From: the human T2T-CHM13v2.0 reference genome, Homo sapiens
Strand: one strand, 5' to 3'
Assembly: GCF_009914755.1 (NCBI RefSeq)
Contig: NC_060928.1
Length of the DNA: 64,000 nucleotides
Part shown: in pieces, positions 29,563-47,855 of the stretch
Layout: the number at the start of each line of letters is the position of its first letter
How positions within the stretch are numbered: the first letter of the stretch is position 1
Translations under genes and position numbers: made by a program
Notes under the pieces: generated by a model
Seen by the model: the letters and a program-made list of their open reading frames with translations, nothing else
Told to the model about the DNA's origin: nothing
The model's database searches: none

Positions 29563-31770
29563 TGTATTTGTTTTTAAAAGATGGTAAATAAATATCTGTA
29601 TATTCCTAGTGTCAGACACTAAGCTACCTCTCATGGTCAAAAAGAAAAAAAAAAGGCAAGATAAAATCATTTTTGTAGTTGAGTTTTATCTGGGCTGGTC
29701 CATCCTTCTATTTTATCCTTTTTCCTTAGGAGATAAAGTGGTTATTTGAGGAAAGACTTGCTAGACATGAATCTGGTTTTGGTTCAAATTCTATTTTATT
29801 ATTTCCTGGGCTTTGAATTTCAAAAAGCCAATCTATTTATTGGTCTCTTTGGGGCCATAAGGTTAAAGTACATCTGTTGTCCACACAAATTTAGCTATTG
29901 GCCTTCGAGCTAAGCAGTCATGAAATTATAGCCATAGTAAATTTAGACAACGATTAATTTCACTTCGGTCTGCCTATAAGTCCACATGACAGAATAAACA
30001 TAGTGTGTCATGTGGTTAATGTGAACACATGTAAAAAATTAAGAAATCTTTGGTGACCAGACAAAAAATACTCCATAAAAATTAATTAGTGTTTCATTGT
30101 GGATGTATGAAATGCAATACTTATAGATGGCCTGACTTGGAGCTTAGGCAGCAACAAAACTTATCTTGGGCATCACTTTCAAATTTCGTTTTGGTGGTTC
30201 TCCAGTTCGTGGCAGACCACTGCCATTCCTTTGAGGAAAAGGAACACCTGGAAAATATAACCATTGCTGAAGCACTTATCTCTCTGGGGTTTTTTCCTAC
30301 CCTTTATTTTCATTATTATACCATTACAGAAACTGGTTGCTTCAGTTTTCTTCAAGTATGGACTTCATGAAGCCATGTGGTTGCATGTGCTTTGGGAGGA
30401 GGAGGCAGCTGGGGGCTAAATTTGCCATCCTGAAATCACCCGTGACATCCCTTTGAAGATACATTTTGTCAGGAAGCACAAATCAGTGAAGTTGTGAGGA
30501 AGAAATGGAGAGACATCTTTCAACATAACCTTGTTTCCCCTTGAGCATAAAGGAATTGATTTAAAGGAGAAAATAAAGACTCAACAGTTTTTAAAGGCTT
30601 TTATTTAATAAGCACCTGATTGTTTCCATTAACTGGCTTTTAACATTTACCATTTTGCTTAGCAAAGTTGGAGAACATTAGCCAAGATTCACTGATGAAA
30701 CTTTATAAGCGTTATAAGTCAGATTTGTTTCATTTTAAAAGCCACATGTTTAAAATACAGTGCACAGAGAATTTTCATGATACGTAGTTGTGGTTCAATA
30801 AAATAAAGATAGCCAAAAGAAACTGTCACTCATAAAATCTATATTTCCTGCTAAGTGTTAGTATTAAAATAGATACTGCTAGTCAACTTGTAAGCCAAGC
30901 AATGCCATATGTGATTTTTTAACATAAGCTATTTGTAGTCTATACTAGAAAGTGTATCTTAGACTTTGCAGTGATTTGTTGGTTCCTTTCATTAATCATG
31001 AATTTATTATCATAAAAATCAACACCCATGACCCTATCTTGGAGAATCGGAGTGTTCTGAGCATTCCCAGATGTGTACTGCAGCTCCAGTATACAGTTCA
31101 GAGCCCCACTGCCAGTTGCCAGGATCACAAGAGAAAGATATTAGTAGACCACGTCAGGGAGGTGAATTTTTAAATGTTCTTACACCACCCAAGAATGGAA
31201 GTGACTGGTGGTTTTCAAGGACAGCCATTTGGTCTGAAGCAGCTGCAGCCCCTTGATTTTAATTATCCTCCTGACCCTTTGATCCCTAACCAAAAAGGCC
31301 CTAGGACTGTGGACAGATGCAGCCACTCTCCTTTAACAACTGGACTCAGACCAAGTCAGCAGTCACATTTAACCTCACCTTGAAATGTAGAAAGTGAACA
31401 ATTACATATTGAACATTTTCATGTAAAACATCTTCTTGAATTTCAATCCAGCCACATCCTGCTAGTGCGATAATGTGATCCTTGAATTTTTGGCACCATC
31501 TAATTTTTAAGCTGGAATGTTTGGAAAATCCTTACGGGGAGGGAGGAATCATTATGCAACAACAACAATACACACACACACACATATGTATGTGTATGTA
31601 TACATATTTATAAAAAACAATTTCAAAATCCCAGCACAGAATAGTATAAAGAAATATGCCATCTTACAGAACTATAATGTTACAATCCTTTTTCCTTTTA
31701 TGTACTATAATCCTTTATGAACAAGGAAAATTCAATACTGGAGAATATTATCTCCTCTCCAACAAATTGA

Positions 31771-32180
<410 letters not shown>

Positions 32181-32376
32181 CAATACAGGTTTCTATGTGA
32201 TGGAAAAATCTAAGCTCATTAGGTAAAATATAGTCATTGTATTTCCTTATGTCTACAATTGGATTTTCTTCTCCGTTAGCCCCTGCTACTAGTCTCATGA
32301 ACTAAGAAACCTGGCTTAGCTGACATCTATGCTTCCAGTCGATTCCTGCATTGCGGTTGAAGTGAAAAAAGCCCCT

Positions 32377-32421
32377 TGATGAATGAATGAATAATTGATT
32401 GATGAATGAATGAATGAATGA
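32377..32421 (+). repeat. (GAAT)n repeat, probably an L2 3' tail
   Basis: TGAATGAATGAAT arrays. Confidence 0.7.
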
Positions 32422-34144
32422 GTATGACTAGATCTTCTAATCCTTTTACATTTTATTTCCAATTAGTACAAGGTAATTTTCATACGCTGTTTATGGTCTT
32501 GAAATCTGACAGCCAGTCCCAACTGGTTTATTCTTATATTAGCAACTTAATTCTTTTGAAGGGGCATGTACCATGCCCACTAATTTTGCAAGGTTTGGCT
32601 CTCCAGTTTCCCTCAGCTCCTTGTTTGTGTGGCAATTACATAGCTATTTAACAGCTGCACTAGAAATTAAAGAGGAAGAATCAGTAGGCTTTGTTAAAAC
32701 ATGTGTCTATCCATAGATACATGTTTTGATGAAAGATGAAAGCCAAAAGCATTAAGGAAAATGAAATTTTGGAGACTACGTGGTTTTTATTGTTTGTGTT
32801 CTTATTTTTAATTGCTATAGATAAATGAGAGTTGCTGTATCTAAAAATATAATGACAACTACTTCACAAGGTACTTGTGAAAATAAAATAAGGTCATATT
32901 TGCATATAATATGCATTCAATAAATATTCTCTTTCCCTTAATTTGAATTTTTATAAGTCCTTAAGAATTGTCATTGTTCCCAAATATTGTATGATCTTTC
33001 CATCCTAATTATGAGATCATAATTACATATTTTTATGATTTTATGGCAGAAAATAAAAAATGTGATTGAAGTTGAAATTTATCAGAAGTTCAGAATGGGA
33101 ATGTAGATAATAAGATTTTAATTTTTTGATATGCTACCCAGATACTATTCACTAGATAAAAGGCTTCCAGGTATTCAAAATGGAATGAATAAATGTCCGA
33201 GGGGGTTCTCAAGTCAAATTTTACTTGAGTGGATTCTCTCTTAGCCACATTCCACCCACACTCCTCTCTCAATCAAAACCCCTCTCCACTCTTAGCCCAT
33301 AGCAATTAAACAGGGCTTTCAGGATCTGGAGGAAAGTGAGAATGTATCCCCTAGAAAGAGATCAAATTGAGGATGGCAAATGTGTTTCATTTCAGCCTTC
33401 AACTTTAGTTGCTTTGTAGCCTTAAACAGCTGTGCTGAGGATTCTCAGACATTCTGTCTCACTAGCAAAGAACATTCTGATGAGTGAGTGATGTCTGCCA
33501 CAGGAAGAAGGGGGATAGTGTCCTTGCCTGTGCCATGCATTTACCAAACCTATACTTCATCCTATTTTGTATGTTTCACTGTTTAGCTTGTCACCCTAGT
33601 ATCTCTTTCCCTAAATGATACCAGCAACAAGAATTTAATGTGAGAGAAATTTCAAGAGGTCAAAATTTAACCAACAGATCTCCTCCCATTTACCTCTTTA
33701 GAGAATAGTAAATGTTTTGAGTTCTTTGCCAGGAAGCTGGTGGAATTATGACCTTTGAGAAACTGAACTAAACAAACATGACTGTAGCACACCCATCTCG
33801 TCCAATGTGTGGTGCCAAACTTCAAAACTCTAAGATTCTGTTAGTTTAGACAAGAAGGTGATGCATCTTTAATCAGCTACATGAAGAGTGGATGAGGCAG
33901 ATTTCCTTTTCTCATATATGCACTAACTAGATTATTTTCAGTTTAATTTTATGCTTTTTAAATGCACTTCAGTTTGAGTTGGTGAAAGTCTATAAGCCTC
34001 TCTCCATATATATTTTAAAGCACAAACTGTGGCCGATATTAAACTATTTGTTCAGTCCTTTCTTCATCTGTAAGCATATTCTTCTTTGATAAGCTCAATG
34101 GCAATGTGCCCTGTTTGAAAATGTAGGTTTGACTGCTATTCGGA

Positions 34145-34650
34145 TGTGGTGAGGTCAACAGATTAGGAGATGACTGTCATTGGAAAGATACTAAATAGTT
34201 TGTTATTCATAGTTCCCAAGAGGAGGGGGCATGCCACACCACAGGGGACTGCAGGGGACGTGCCAGGGTCAGTCAGAAGGCCAAGGAGCAAGGGGGAAAT
34301 GTGGACAGGTGCCTTTGCCTAGGAACCCACAGGAAAGGGATAGGTGAGGCAAGGTACGCAGGGTTAGAACTGCCTGTTTTGAGTAATTCCAGTGGGTTCT
34401 CAAGCACAGGGGCTGTTTCTGGTTGTCTGGTATCTGGCCCTGGGTTGATGTGGGGAGGGAAGTTGTGGCCCTGAGTATGAGAGCCCAATAGAGGGGGTGC
34501 AGAGTGTGTGGGCTCTGGACTGGTTAGTTTGCATATGGAGGGCATGCTCCCAGGAGGGTCTTTAACACCTCTAGGAACTGGCTAACCCTGGGATGGGCAG
34601 TCCCTGCAGGGTCAGCAATGTCCTAGATGCAAAATTGAATGCATGCAAAA
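34145..34650 (-). mobile_element. ERVL-class solo LTR (MER74/MER54-like)
   Basis: TGTGGTGAGGTC start; TTCCCAAGAGGAGGGGGCATGCCACACCAC and CTGGTTGTCTGGTATCTGGCCCTGGG motifs; GC-rich block in AT-rich flanks. Confidence 0.6.
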
Positions 34651-36415
34651 TTATGTTCTTTTTGTATGTTTCTCTCTGTACTCAAAAATAATTAACCTCA
34701 TTCATTTGATAATTGATCATTTGTCCCTTTCTGATATCGTCTGTATTGTTTCCTCATGCCATTATTTGATATCAAATGTATTTATGCCAATTTCCCCAAC
34801 TAGAAATCAACTACTTCTTGATTGTTTAAAAAAAATGCAATTTTTAACTTTTAAAATTGATCCATAGAGTATTGAACATAGTTGATGCTTTAAAATATTT
34901 ATTATCAGCCCCACATTACTTTAGAACATGCATCCGATGAAATAACAAATAGTGAAGAAATCTGTGCTCTAATAGATTTGTAAAATGCTACATACATATT
35001 ACATCTCCCTCCTTGATGTTTGCAATTCACATTTCCTTATTTAAGGCCCTGGGAAGGCCTGCAGCAAAGAAATTTGTTTAACGTTGTCTCAATCCAGCCA
35101 TTTACTAAACTTATTTGACCATGAAATTTTTTCTCATTGAGTACCTGCTAACAACCCGTGAATATGTTGCAGAATGCTTTTCTGTACTGTTTCTTCCATG
35201 GAATTTGTACTTTAAAAAAATAAATTAAGACTGATTATAAACTGAGTGATGATGAGTTTAAGGCTAAAGAAAATAATCAGTAAGTGCTATAAAGTGCTTG
35301 AAATATACCTTAATACTGGCAGAAAAGTTAAGACAATGAATGCATTTTCTGCCTCAGTCTAACTCATCTATTTAGTCATCTGAAATGGCTCATTATGTAA
35401 TAAAACTCTTCAGCAACCGCATATGGCAAAATGATTGGTGCTTGTAAACCACTAGGCTGACCTGTTTTTGCTTTTTAAATATGCATGTTTTTTGTTCTCC
35501 ACCTCAGTGAATAAAATTGAAACAGCATCTCAGATTGTAATACATAGGAGAAATAATGCAGAGAAAAGAATAAATTTGCCCAGTAAGGTATAAGTAAAAT
35601 AATTAGCATGAGCCATGCATATTGCTTTCAGGGAAAGCAACTGACAGCCAGGGAAAGTCAGTTATTGACGTAAGTGCCTGTCAAGTCACCAGTTCTATGT
35701 TGTTAAAATGTGGTAAGTTAGGGTGTGACCCAAGAGGAGGAGGAAAAAAAAAAAAAAAAAACCCTGCAAATATTTTGATGGCAGGCTCTCCCTAAAAACA
35801 AAAAGGGCAGCATAGTTTCTGGCCAGTATTTAGATCAGTGTGTGTTTGATCTATGATTGGAATCATTTGCTCAATGGAACTAGCAATGGCAGAGCAAAGA
35901 GGCTCAACTGTGACTTTAGGAAAGTCATTGAGCCTTCCAGTTCAGGTTCCTCATCTGTATGAAGAGACAAAATGTCAAGGGTTTTTTGTTAAATGGAAGA
36001 GTGTATTTTTAATGATTGTGTTAAAAAATATTTCACAAAATGATGTAGAAAATTCTTTGATGAAGGGTGCAAGTAATTAATGGCTTAGCTTACTTGGAAT
36101 ATACTAGGATACAATCATGTTTCTGAGATCACAGGCCCACACTGGACCTTTAAATGTATTGATGGATTTGGCACCTTGTCTTTATCACAACCATGGTACT
36201 TAACTTTCCATGTTATACTGAAATTAGCTCTTGATGGGCCTTTCTATCCTATTGGAATGTAAGTTTTTCCAGGGTAGAGGCCTGGTCTTATATTAACTTA
36301 CTCTCTAGGTTCTAGCACAATGTTTGGCATATGAATGTATTAAGCATGCCTTTTAATTTTCAGTGTCTCTGCTGCTTTGGCATGCGAGGGACCAGAGGTA
36401 CAATATACATTTTTA

Positions 36416-36631
<216 letters not shown>

Positions 36632-36639
36632 TTATCAGA

Positions 36640-36785
36640 CCAACACTTCTTAAAGTGCACATGATCACCTAGGGGATCTGAACTGATTCAGTAGATTTGG
36701 GGTGAGGGTCAAGATACTGCACTTCTAACAAGCTTCCAGGTGATGCTGATGCTGCTGGCCTCAGGACCACACTTTGAGGAGCAAA
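36640..36785. mobile_element. MER5A DNA transposon
   Basis: TTCTAACAAGCTTCCAGGTGATGCTGATGCTGCTGGCCTCAGGACCACACTTTGAG. Confidence 0.85.
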
Positions 36786-36794
36786 AAGCAGGAG

Positions 36795-37110
36795 TGGGGA
36801 ATCATTTTCTATAAAGATCCAGATACTACATAATTGGGGCTTTGAGGGCCATATAATATGTTGCAACTACTACTTGACTCTGACTATAATGCAAAAGCAG
36901 ACATAGACAACATGTAAATGAATGAGCATGGTTATGTTCCCCGCCCCCCACCAAAAAAAAAAAACCTTATTTAAGGACTCCGAAATGTGAACTTTATGTC
37001 ACAAAATACTCTTCTTCTTTTGATTTTTTTCAAACCCTTAAAAGTATAAAAACCATTCTTAGCTCAAGGACCTTATAAAAACAGGCAGTAGGCTTGCAGG
37101 CTATAAGTTC
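36795..37110. mobile_element. MER58-like DNA transposon
   Basis: TTTTCTATAAAGATCCAGATA...AAAGCAGACATAGACAACATGTAAATGAATGAGCATGG...TAAAAACCATTCTTAGCTC. Confidence 0.75.
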
Positions 37111-39163
37111 ACTGAGTTAGAGGACAACATACTAGTCACTTAGGTAGTTGGCAAATGTTTCCCTGTGGAGTACATCTAACCAAAAGAAACGAATCCTTCT
37201 CTCTATGGAACCTCTGTTGCATTTTTTTATGCTTCATTTTCCCCCAGTAGGTGGTTTATATCTTTTTTATGGAATGTAGAAACACTCTAATTCACAGACA
37301 GACTCAACTAGTTTCAGAGTTTAGCAGGCGTTATTTTTTCTATTACCTGTAGTAGGTAATGCAGTTCCTCACACATAGAAGAAGCTCTGTTAGTGTATAT
37401 TCAGTTTATTTTAGTCTGTTGAAGATGCCTTTAGCTTGGTCTTAAGGAAGAATAGTTCCTAGATGGGATTAATGAACAGGGTAAGGAGATAATTCCAAGG
37501 AGAAGAAAATGTGGGCACAGAAAAGTAGGCAGGTAATATTTGAGGGCTATGTAAGGAGCAGTAAGTCCATGCAAATATTCGACAGAAACAGAGGATTAGT
37601 ATAAGAAAACGATAGGGCCAAGTTATATGAAAACCCACAGTGACAGATCTGAAGTTTAGAGAATGATGTATGTAGGGAAAAACCTCAAGGGCATTAATCT
37701 GATGACAGAATATAGAAAGAATTTATAGTCTGCTGGTGATGGAGAGACCAATTAAAACACTAAAGCCACAGTTAATACTGATGGGTGAGGATCTGGACTG
37801 TGGCTTTGGAAAGATAACAGAAAAAAAAGAAAGAGACTGGAGGATGACTCTGGGCTGGAAAGTTCTTCAAGACTTTATGTCAACAAAGAAAACCATACAG
37901 TGCCCCAGAATCAAGAAATACTGTCCTGCTCCGTTGCCCCCAAAATAATATGGTTTGCATTGCATAGAATGCTCAGTTGGCTGATTATTGTATGTTCTTT
38001 AATTCCCCAGGTCTTATCTCTTCTTTGGTGGGAATCACATATTTACTGTTGAGCATGGTTTCTGGGGTTGATACTCAGAGTATTAGCAAACTCATTTGCT
38101 TTATTAACTTTATTTTCAAATTAAATTAGACAAAAACCTGTATTATTCTACTCTAAATACAGAAAAAACATGTCTTCCGTGTCATATTTCACAAAAGGAT
38201 GTGAAATCCAAGTAATTTTATAGGAAACTGGACTTAGAGAAAATCTCTAAGTGCTCATTAAGAGCTAAATGGACAATATTTTCCCAGAGAATTCAATCCT
38301 TTTAGTTCTAAGTGGCAGATTTCTACATATTTCTTTAAAAATAAATCCCATTTGGGGTTTTTTTAGGGCAGCTTTGGGCTTTGTTTTGTTTTGTTTGTAT
38401 GTTTGTTTCTTGGTAAAATGTAAAGGCCACCAAATGCTACTGAGAATTTGAGGTGCTGGGGGAAGAGAGGAGAGAGAGTGAGAGAACCTGTGTTCAAACA
38501 GTCTGGCAGCCTGAAATTTCCCACACGAAGGACCTGATTGTTTGGGAAAGGAAAAGTGCTGACGAGCAAGAATGAATTACAGCACAACTGCTATATCTCT
38601 CCACATCTTGGAGGCCAAGGCGGTCTGCTAGAAAGTTTTGTAAATATCAGAAATGTGGAAGGCATTAAATCTGTTACTGCTCAGCTGATCAGAAGTCTTA
38701 AGGTCAACAAAAATATTGCTGCCTGTGATTTTTTAACATGATGATAAGTTTCTTTTCATATATTAAATATTTTGAGCATAATGTTTATATTTTCTATTTT
38801 TCTTTAGATAAGACTAATAGATAAAATTGTAATAAATGGAGGAGGTATTTGTTATAAAGCATTTTATAAGACACTGAGTTTCTGTTCCTTTTATAACTGA
38901 AATGGTCTTTCTGAGTTTGATAGCATCACTTGGGTTGATAAAATGTACAAGATGCTTTACAAAGAAAACCTGTGGGAATTGTCTAGTCATTAATTTCACA
39001 GTCTAAATTGTAGAGTTTCCATTAGTAACACTGACATTGTTTTTTTTTTAATCAAACAAACATCATTTTGCATAGCAACCAGCCTTCACTTCTGCTTTAT
39101 TGTTTTAAACATCACCATTTCCTTTCTTTCCCTCCTATCCTTTGACCTCCATTTGGCCTGCAG

Positions 39164-39342
39164 ATGGTTCTGTGAAGGGAAAGAACTGCACAACACTCCT
39201 GATATTCAAATCCACTGTGAGGGAGGGGACCTCCATACCCTGATCATAGCAGAGGCCTTTGAGGACGACACAGGTCGCTACACCTGTTTGGCTACGAATC
39301 CCAGCGGCTCAGACACAACATCTGCTGAGGTGTTCATTGAAG
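39164..39342 (+). CDS. PALLD: Palladin exon, C-terminal half of Ig-like domain 1 (179 nt, phase 2-1)
   Basis: Polypyrimidine tract + CAG acceptor, G|GTAAGG donor. Encodes (R)WFCEGKELHNTPDIQIHCEGGDLHTLIIAEAFEDDTGRYTCLATNPSGSDTTSAEVFIE(G), with I-set Ig motifs (W, DxGxYxC) recognised as palladin. Confidence 0.97.
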
Positions 39343-40256
39343 GTAAGGAGGGGTGCCTGGTAATGGGGGATAAAGGGGTGTCAATGGTCTAATGACTCCA
39401 GTATCTTGGGCATGCAAATGTGCCTTTCCAATGCAAATGGCACAATGGTGTTCTAATTCAAACTTCATTTCCCTGAAAACCTTTATAAATTGAACTGTTC
39501 CGACATTTAGGCACCCATCAACTATCTCTGATGTCAACATTTGTTCCTTTTAATGTAGAATGTTTCCACTCCATTAACTTGAATTATTTAAAATGTAAGG
39601 TATCCAAATTATTTTTGTCTTTCTCTAGTAAATGAAGCATAGAAACACAATTGAAATACCATATCAAGCAAAGTTAAACGATAAATGACTCAGGAAATCA
39701 TTCATGAGAATTTTAAGTGATTGAATACTTTTTAATGTTCTCATTTTTACTAAATTCTAGAATTTTGTCTCTTTTGTTAAGACCCCATTATTCCTTCTAA
39801 ATGTATTATAAACTTGCAATCACTAGGTGAGAATATTCAAGAATCAATGTTGTATTAAAGAGGGGTACGCAGAGAATGGGCTATTTCTGTTGTTCTGTTC
39901 ATTTTTGACAGGATTCAGTCTCCAGGGAGTTGAAAAACTTGATATCAAAGTATTATATTTTACATTTTTATTGTGTTTTGATCAATACCAATAATTTAGA
40001 ATAGTTGGAAGTGTTTTAAGCACTGTAGTGTATATACTATTCCTAAATCCATAAATTGATGAGTGCTCTGTTAATTGGTTGCTTTCAAAATAATGGTTAA
40101 AATATAGAAAGAATATTAAAATCCTTGAGGTCTGTACTTTTTTAAACTATTTAATAGCACCAATATCTCCATTATGTGGAGGTGAAGAAGGCAAGATGTG
40201 AGCCACCATTTATAGCTCCTTCAAGAACTGGCCCACAATAATTAGCTTTAAAAGTA

Positions 40257-40603
40257 GGGCCAGGTGAGGTAGCTCATGCCTGTAATCCCAGCACTTTGGG
40301 AGCCCGAGGCAGGAGGATCGCTCGAGGCCAGGAGTTTGAGACCAGACTGGGCAACATACTGAGACCCTGTCTCAAAAAACAAAACAAAACAAAACAAAAA
40401 AACACTTTTTTAAAGTTAGCCTGGCCTGGTGGCGTGTACTTGTACTCCCAGCTATTCAGGAGGCTGAGGAGGTAAGGAGGGAGGATTGCTTGAGCCCATG
40501 AGGTCAAGGTTACATTGAGTTATGATGATACCACTGCCCTCCAGCCTGGAAGACAAAGCAAGACCCCATCTCTTAAAAAAAGAGAAAAATTTAAAAATAA
40601 AAA
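40257..40603 (+). mobile_element. AluJ SINE
   Basis: GGATTGCTTGAGCCCATGAGGTCAAGGTTAC diagnostics; (CAAAA)n linker. Confidence 0.92.
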
Positions 40604-40774
40604 GTAACGATTACTGATGACTAAAAGTATGTACCTTTACTTTCAGTGAAAGGATCCTCCACATTACCTTTGGTAGAAAACATCTTGGAGTGCCTCAAGG
40701 GACCTTGTCCTATTAATAAAAACAAACATTCTATATGTAGTAACAACTAATACTTACATGACACTTACAAAATG

Positions 40775-40798
40775 CACACACACACACACACACACACA
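40775..40798. repeat. (CA)n microsatellite
   Basis: About 12 CA units next to a MIR (40810-40950). Confidence 0.9.
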
Positions 40799-41425
40799 AT
40801 CATTTATACTTTGCCGTAGCCTACGAGGTATTATTAGTGTTCCTTTTTTATAACTGAGGCCTGGAGAGGTAGAAGAAACTTGTTCAAAGTCACACAATAA
40901 TTTGAACCAAGACAGTCTTGCTCCAGGGCCCATATTAACCACCCTATCATACTGATAGGTATTTCAAAATGCTGCATGAATGAAAAATGAATGATAAAAA
41001 GATGTTTAAAATTTCACTAATGAGTTAGCAGTATTATTCAGGGGTGGGTTATGTAGCAAACTTCTTAAGCCATCTTAGAATACAGTGAAGGAAACAAACT
41101 TCCATAAAAATCCTGTCTGCTAATGATGATCAGATGTGTCTCCAAGTTCAGATAGAGCACTTTTAAATGAAATTCTTTATTTGCTTGCAAGATTGCTAGA
41201 AATATGATAAATTTTGGGTTGTGCTGCTTTCATACTACAAATATTAAATGAAATCATATTAGATTTAAGTAAAAGCCTGTCAACTTAATTTAACCAACAT
41301 TTATTAAGATCCTACTAAGTGCCACACAGTGCAGGTATAAATGTGGTTAAGAGACAATTCCTGATATCAAGGAGTTCTCAATCTAACAGCAGATAAACAC
41401 ATTTTTTTAAAAAAAGCCGGGCGCG

Positions 41426-41778
<353 letters not shown>

Positions 41779-42011
41779 GCTGGGTGCAATGGCTCACACC
41801 TGTAATCCCAGCACTTTGGGAGGCCAAGGAGGAGATCAAGATCAGCCTGGCCAACATGGTAAAACCCCATCTCTACTAAAAATACAAAAATTAGCCAGGC
41901 ATGATGGCAGGCAGCTGTAGTCCCAGCTACCCAGGAGACTGAGATCATGCCACTGCACTCCAGCCTGGGCAACAGAGCGAGGCTCAGTCTCAAAAAAAAG
42001 AAAAAAAAAAA
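41779..42011 (+). mobile_element. Older AluS with internal deletions
   Basis: GCTGGGTGCAATGGCTCACACC...; both arms shortened. Confidence 0.88.
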
Positions 42012-43074
42012 TGTAAAATGATAAAGTAATATTATAATAAGTGGTATAAGAGAAATCGAAAGCATTTTAAGAACTTATAAAAGTTAAATGCATGATATAT
42101 AAGATATATATAAAATCATATATATACTATAAAATGAGATATTTCACTGCCTCTTGAAACCAGCTGCAGAATCCAACTGGGATAGACCCAAACTCTCACC
42201 ATACTGATCTTTAACTTTTAATGTGGTTCTTCTGTGTAAAAGCCTCTGAACTGCCAGTCCTCTTTTGCCAGTCCTTTCAAATCATCTGCCTCAGGTACTG
42301 AATATGAGAAAAGTATCCCTCTAGTTCTATATGGTACGTATCTTTCATGTTCGGGACTTCAACAGAGATAGTGGATTTCTTCCAGTGCCCAGCTTTCCAT
42401 GTGACACTGCTGAACTTACTGAGACATCCGACACCTTTGGGTACCTCTGACTATAGATAGATCGTATGTGACTTTAGATAAATTGAAGGGAGAGTAAGGA
42501 AACTGGACATAGCAAGAATGAAGAGGTGTGAAGATTCAGTCTGCTAAGCCTAACATAAAGTGCTTTAGAAAACTGGCTCCTTGGCCTTGTGAAATATGAA
42601 TAATTTTTTAAAAAACAAAAGATTTTAGTGTTTTAATCCCTAAGAACAGTTATGTGAAGTGGGAGAGAACCTCAGATAAATTCTTAGCCTCAACTTATGA
42701 CTCAAAGTAAGAAATTTTTATATTTTACTTATTCTAGCACTAAATTAGACTCACCCATATTCCTATTGAATTGCTTCCTGAAGCATGTTATTACTACATC
42801 AGCTGTCGTTGGCAGCCTATCTATCAGAGGGTAGAAAGGTTTCTTTTTGAAATTAAAATCTCAGCAAAGCCATCTCTAAAAGTTTAACAACCTACAAATT
42901 AGAAACTTTCTAAATTCCACTGTCCCATGCGTCAAGTTTTAGAATGATACAAAAGAAATTACAGCTTAAGAACAGTGGCTAGCATTCATTTAGTGTCACC
43001 TAGGAGCCAAGCACTGTTCTTCATTTTTACAGAGATCACCTCATTTCATCCTCACAAATATCACACCATTTAAA

Positions 43075-43796
<722 letters not shown>

Positions 43797-44119
43797 ATCA
43801 CCCTATTTTATAGTTGAAGAAACTGAAGTTTTAAAAGGCTAAGTAATGACCAAGATCACACATATACACACAGCACACACACATGCCTGGGAGTCAAGGA
43901 TTCAAACCTAGGCAGTGTGACTCCTGAATCTGCCCTCTACCCTACAGCATAAAATCCAAATAAACTCATCATCACTGGGGCAGCTACAGTTCCTTGCCTT
44001 CATCAGGCAACAGGATTTTGGATCTGAGCACAGCATTTTTCAGGGCATATAATTGAGCACTTTTCGGTCATTCTCAAGAATACAGTGAGTGACTACTGTA
44101 AGGGAGGCCGTGGTTCACC

Positions 44120-45850
<1,731 letters not shown>

Positions 45851-46750
45851 GGATTTACTAGAATATAGGCTGAAGAAGATAGTGCAAGAGAGAAAAATAG
45901 ATCATGCAGGAGGGAGGAGAGTAAGATGGGGAAAGGAAATGGAATCTGTACTAGATGGCGAGAGGGTACCCTCAAGAACTAGCTGGCAGAGAGAGCTTCT
46001 CAAGAATTTCCTATGTAAATAGGAAAGATCCATGTAAACATGTAAAATAAATACAGACATCTCAAGTTCCCACCACTGCCTCCCCCTGTGATTGTAAAAT
46101 GAATTACACAGACTGTCAAATGAATAGCTTTATGAGCTCCGAAGAGGGCAAGATGGTGGCCCTGAAATGTGGGATGAAGGAAGCTGGATTAAACCGGACC
46201 TTGTGGATAAAGAGGATTGGGGTCAGGAGGAGAGGAGGGCAGGGCAGCGTTAAAAAGGTAGGGAAGAGAACCAGCGTGACACAGATTGGCAGGTCCTGTT
46301 AGACACAGGTTCTCAGTGCTACGAATAATCAGATAAAATGTGTGCCCCTTTGAAGTGACATTGTGAAGCGTGCTGTGATGTGAAATGTGGAATTGTTCCT
46401 GGTAATCACATAGGGTAAAGCCCTTGGTGCTGGGACCACTGCCGTGCCTCTCTAGGCAGAGATTCCATTCACTGAGTTTTGAAAACTTTTGGAGAAAAGC
46501 TAAACCAGTTTAACTTTGGCCATTCTTCGTGTTATCTATTTTAAAATAACCTTTCATGGTATTTTATGATGGCTCTATGCTTTGGTTTCTTCATCTGGAG
46601 AAAATCAGATTGTTGTAAGGGTTGAGTGGGTTAATCCACTGGGGTGGTGCCTAGCACACAGTGTAGGCCATTATTATTTTTAAATACCATATTTTTATTT
46701 TTAAAAAGCTAAAATGTACGGATAAAAAGAAGATATAAAAATCATGTCTA

Positions 46751-47050
46751 GGCCAGGCATGGTGGCTCATGCCTATAATCCCAGCACTTTGGGAGGCTGA
46801 GGCAGAAAAATCACTTAGTCCAGAAGTTCAAGACCAGCTGGAGCAACATAGTGAGACCCCCATCTCTATAAAAAATAAAAAAAATAGCCAGGCATGGTGG
46901 TGCACACCTGTAGTCCCAGCTACTTGGAAGGCTGAGGTGGGAGGGTCACTTGAGCCCAGCAGGTCAAGGCAGAAGTAGCTGGGATGGCACCACCGCACTC
47001 CAGCTTGGGTGACAGAGTGAGACCCTGTCTCAAAAAATAAAAATAAAAAA
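46751..47050 (+). mobile_element. AluJ SINE
   Basis: J diagnostics; TSD AAAAA(T/G)CATGTCTA. Confidence 0.92.
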
Positions 47051-47464
47051 GCATGTCTAATCCTAGTGCCTTATGACAGTCACTCTTAATATTTTTATCT
47101 TTCCAATTTTTTCCTACATGTGAGTACTTAAATTTTGCTGTATCTACTCTTTTGAACTTTTTTTTTTAATTTAACCTATTCTGTCACAGACATCTACCCA
47201 TGTCATTAAACGTTCTTTAAAACCATTCTAATTCCTTTGTAGTTGTTCAACATTTATAAAGTTATGTGTCACTGACATTGCTTCGGTTACTCTGATCTGT
47301 AAATGATTCTTGCTGTATTGGTAATTATAGCAACTGATTTAAAAGAGAGGAAAAGAAGTAAATAATAGAAATGAGAGAAAGGATGTATTTATTCCTCAAA
47401 TCTTGAAAGGCAAAATATGTATAAAAGGATAAACTCCATGACTCAGTTCAGTAAAGTCAGTTAG

Positions 47465-47855
<391 letters not shown>

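Noticed and set aside
39343-39392. ORF-track extensions beyond PALLD exons (also 61530-61577 and 61720-61751)
   Set aside because: Read-through into introns past canonical splice sites.
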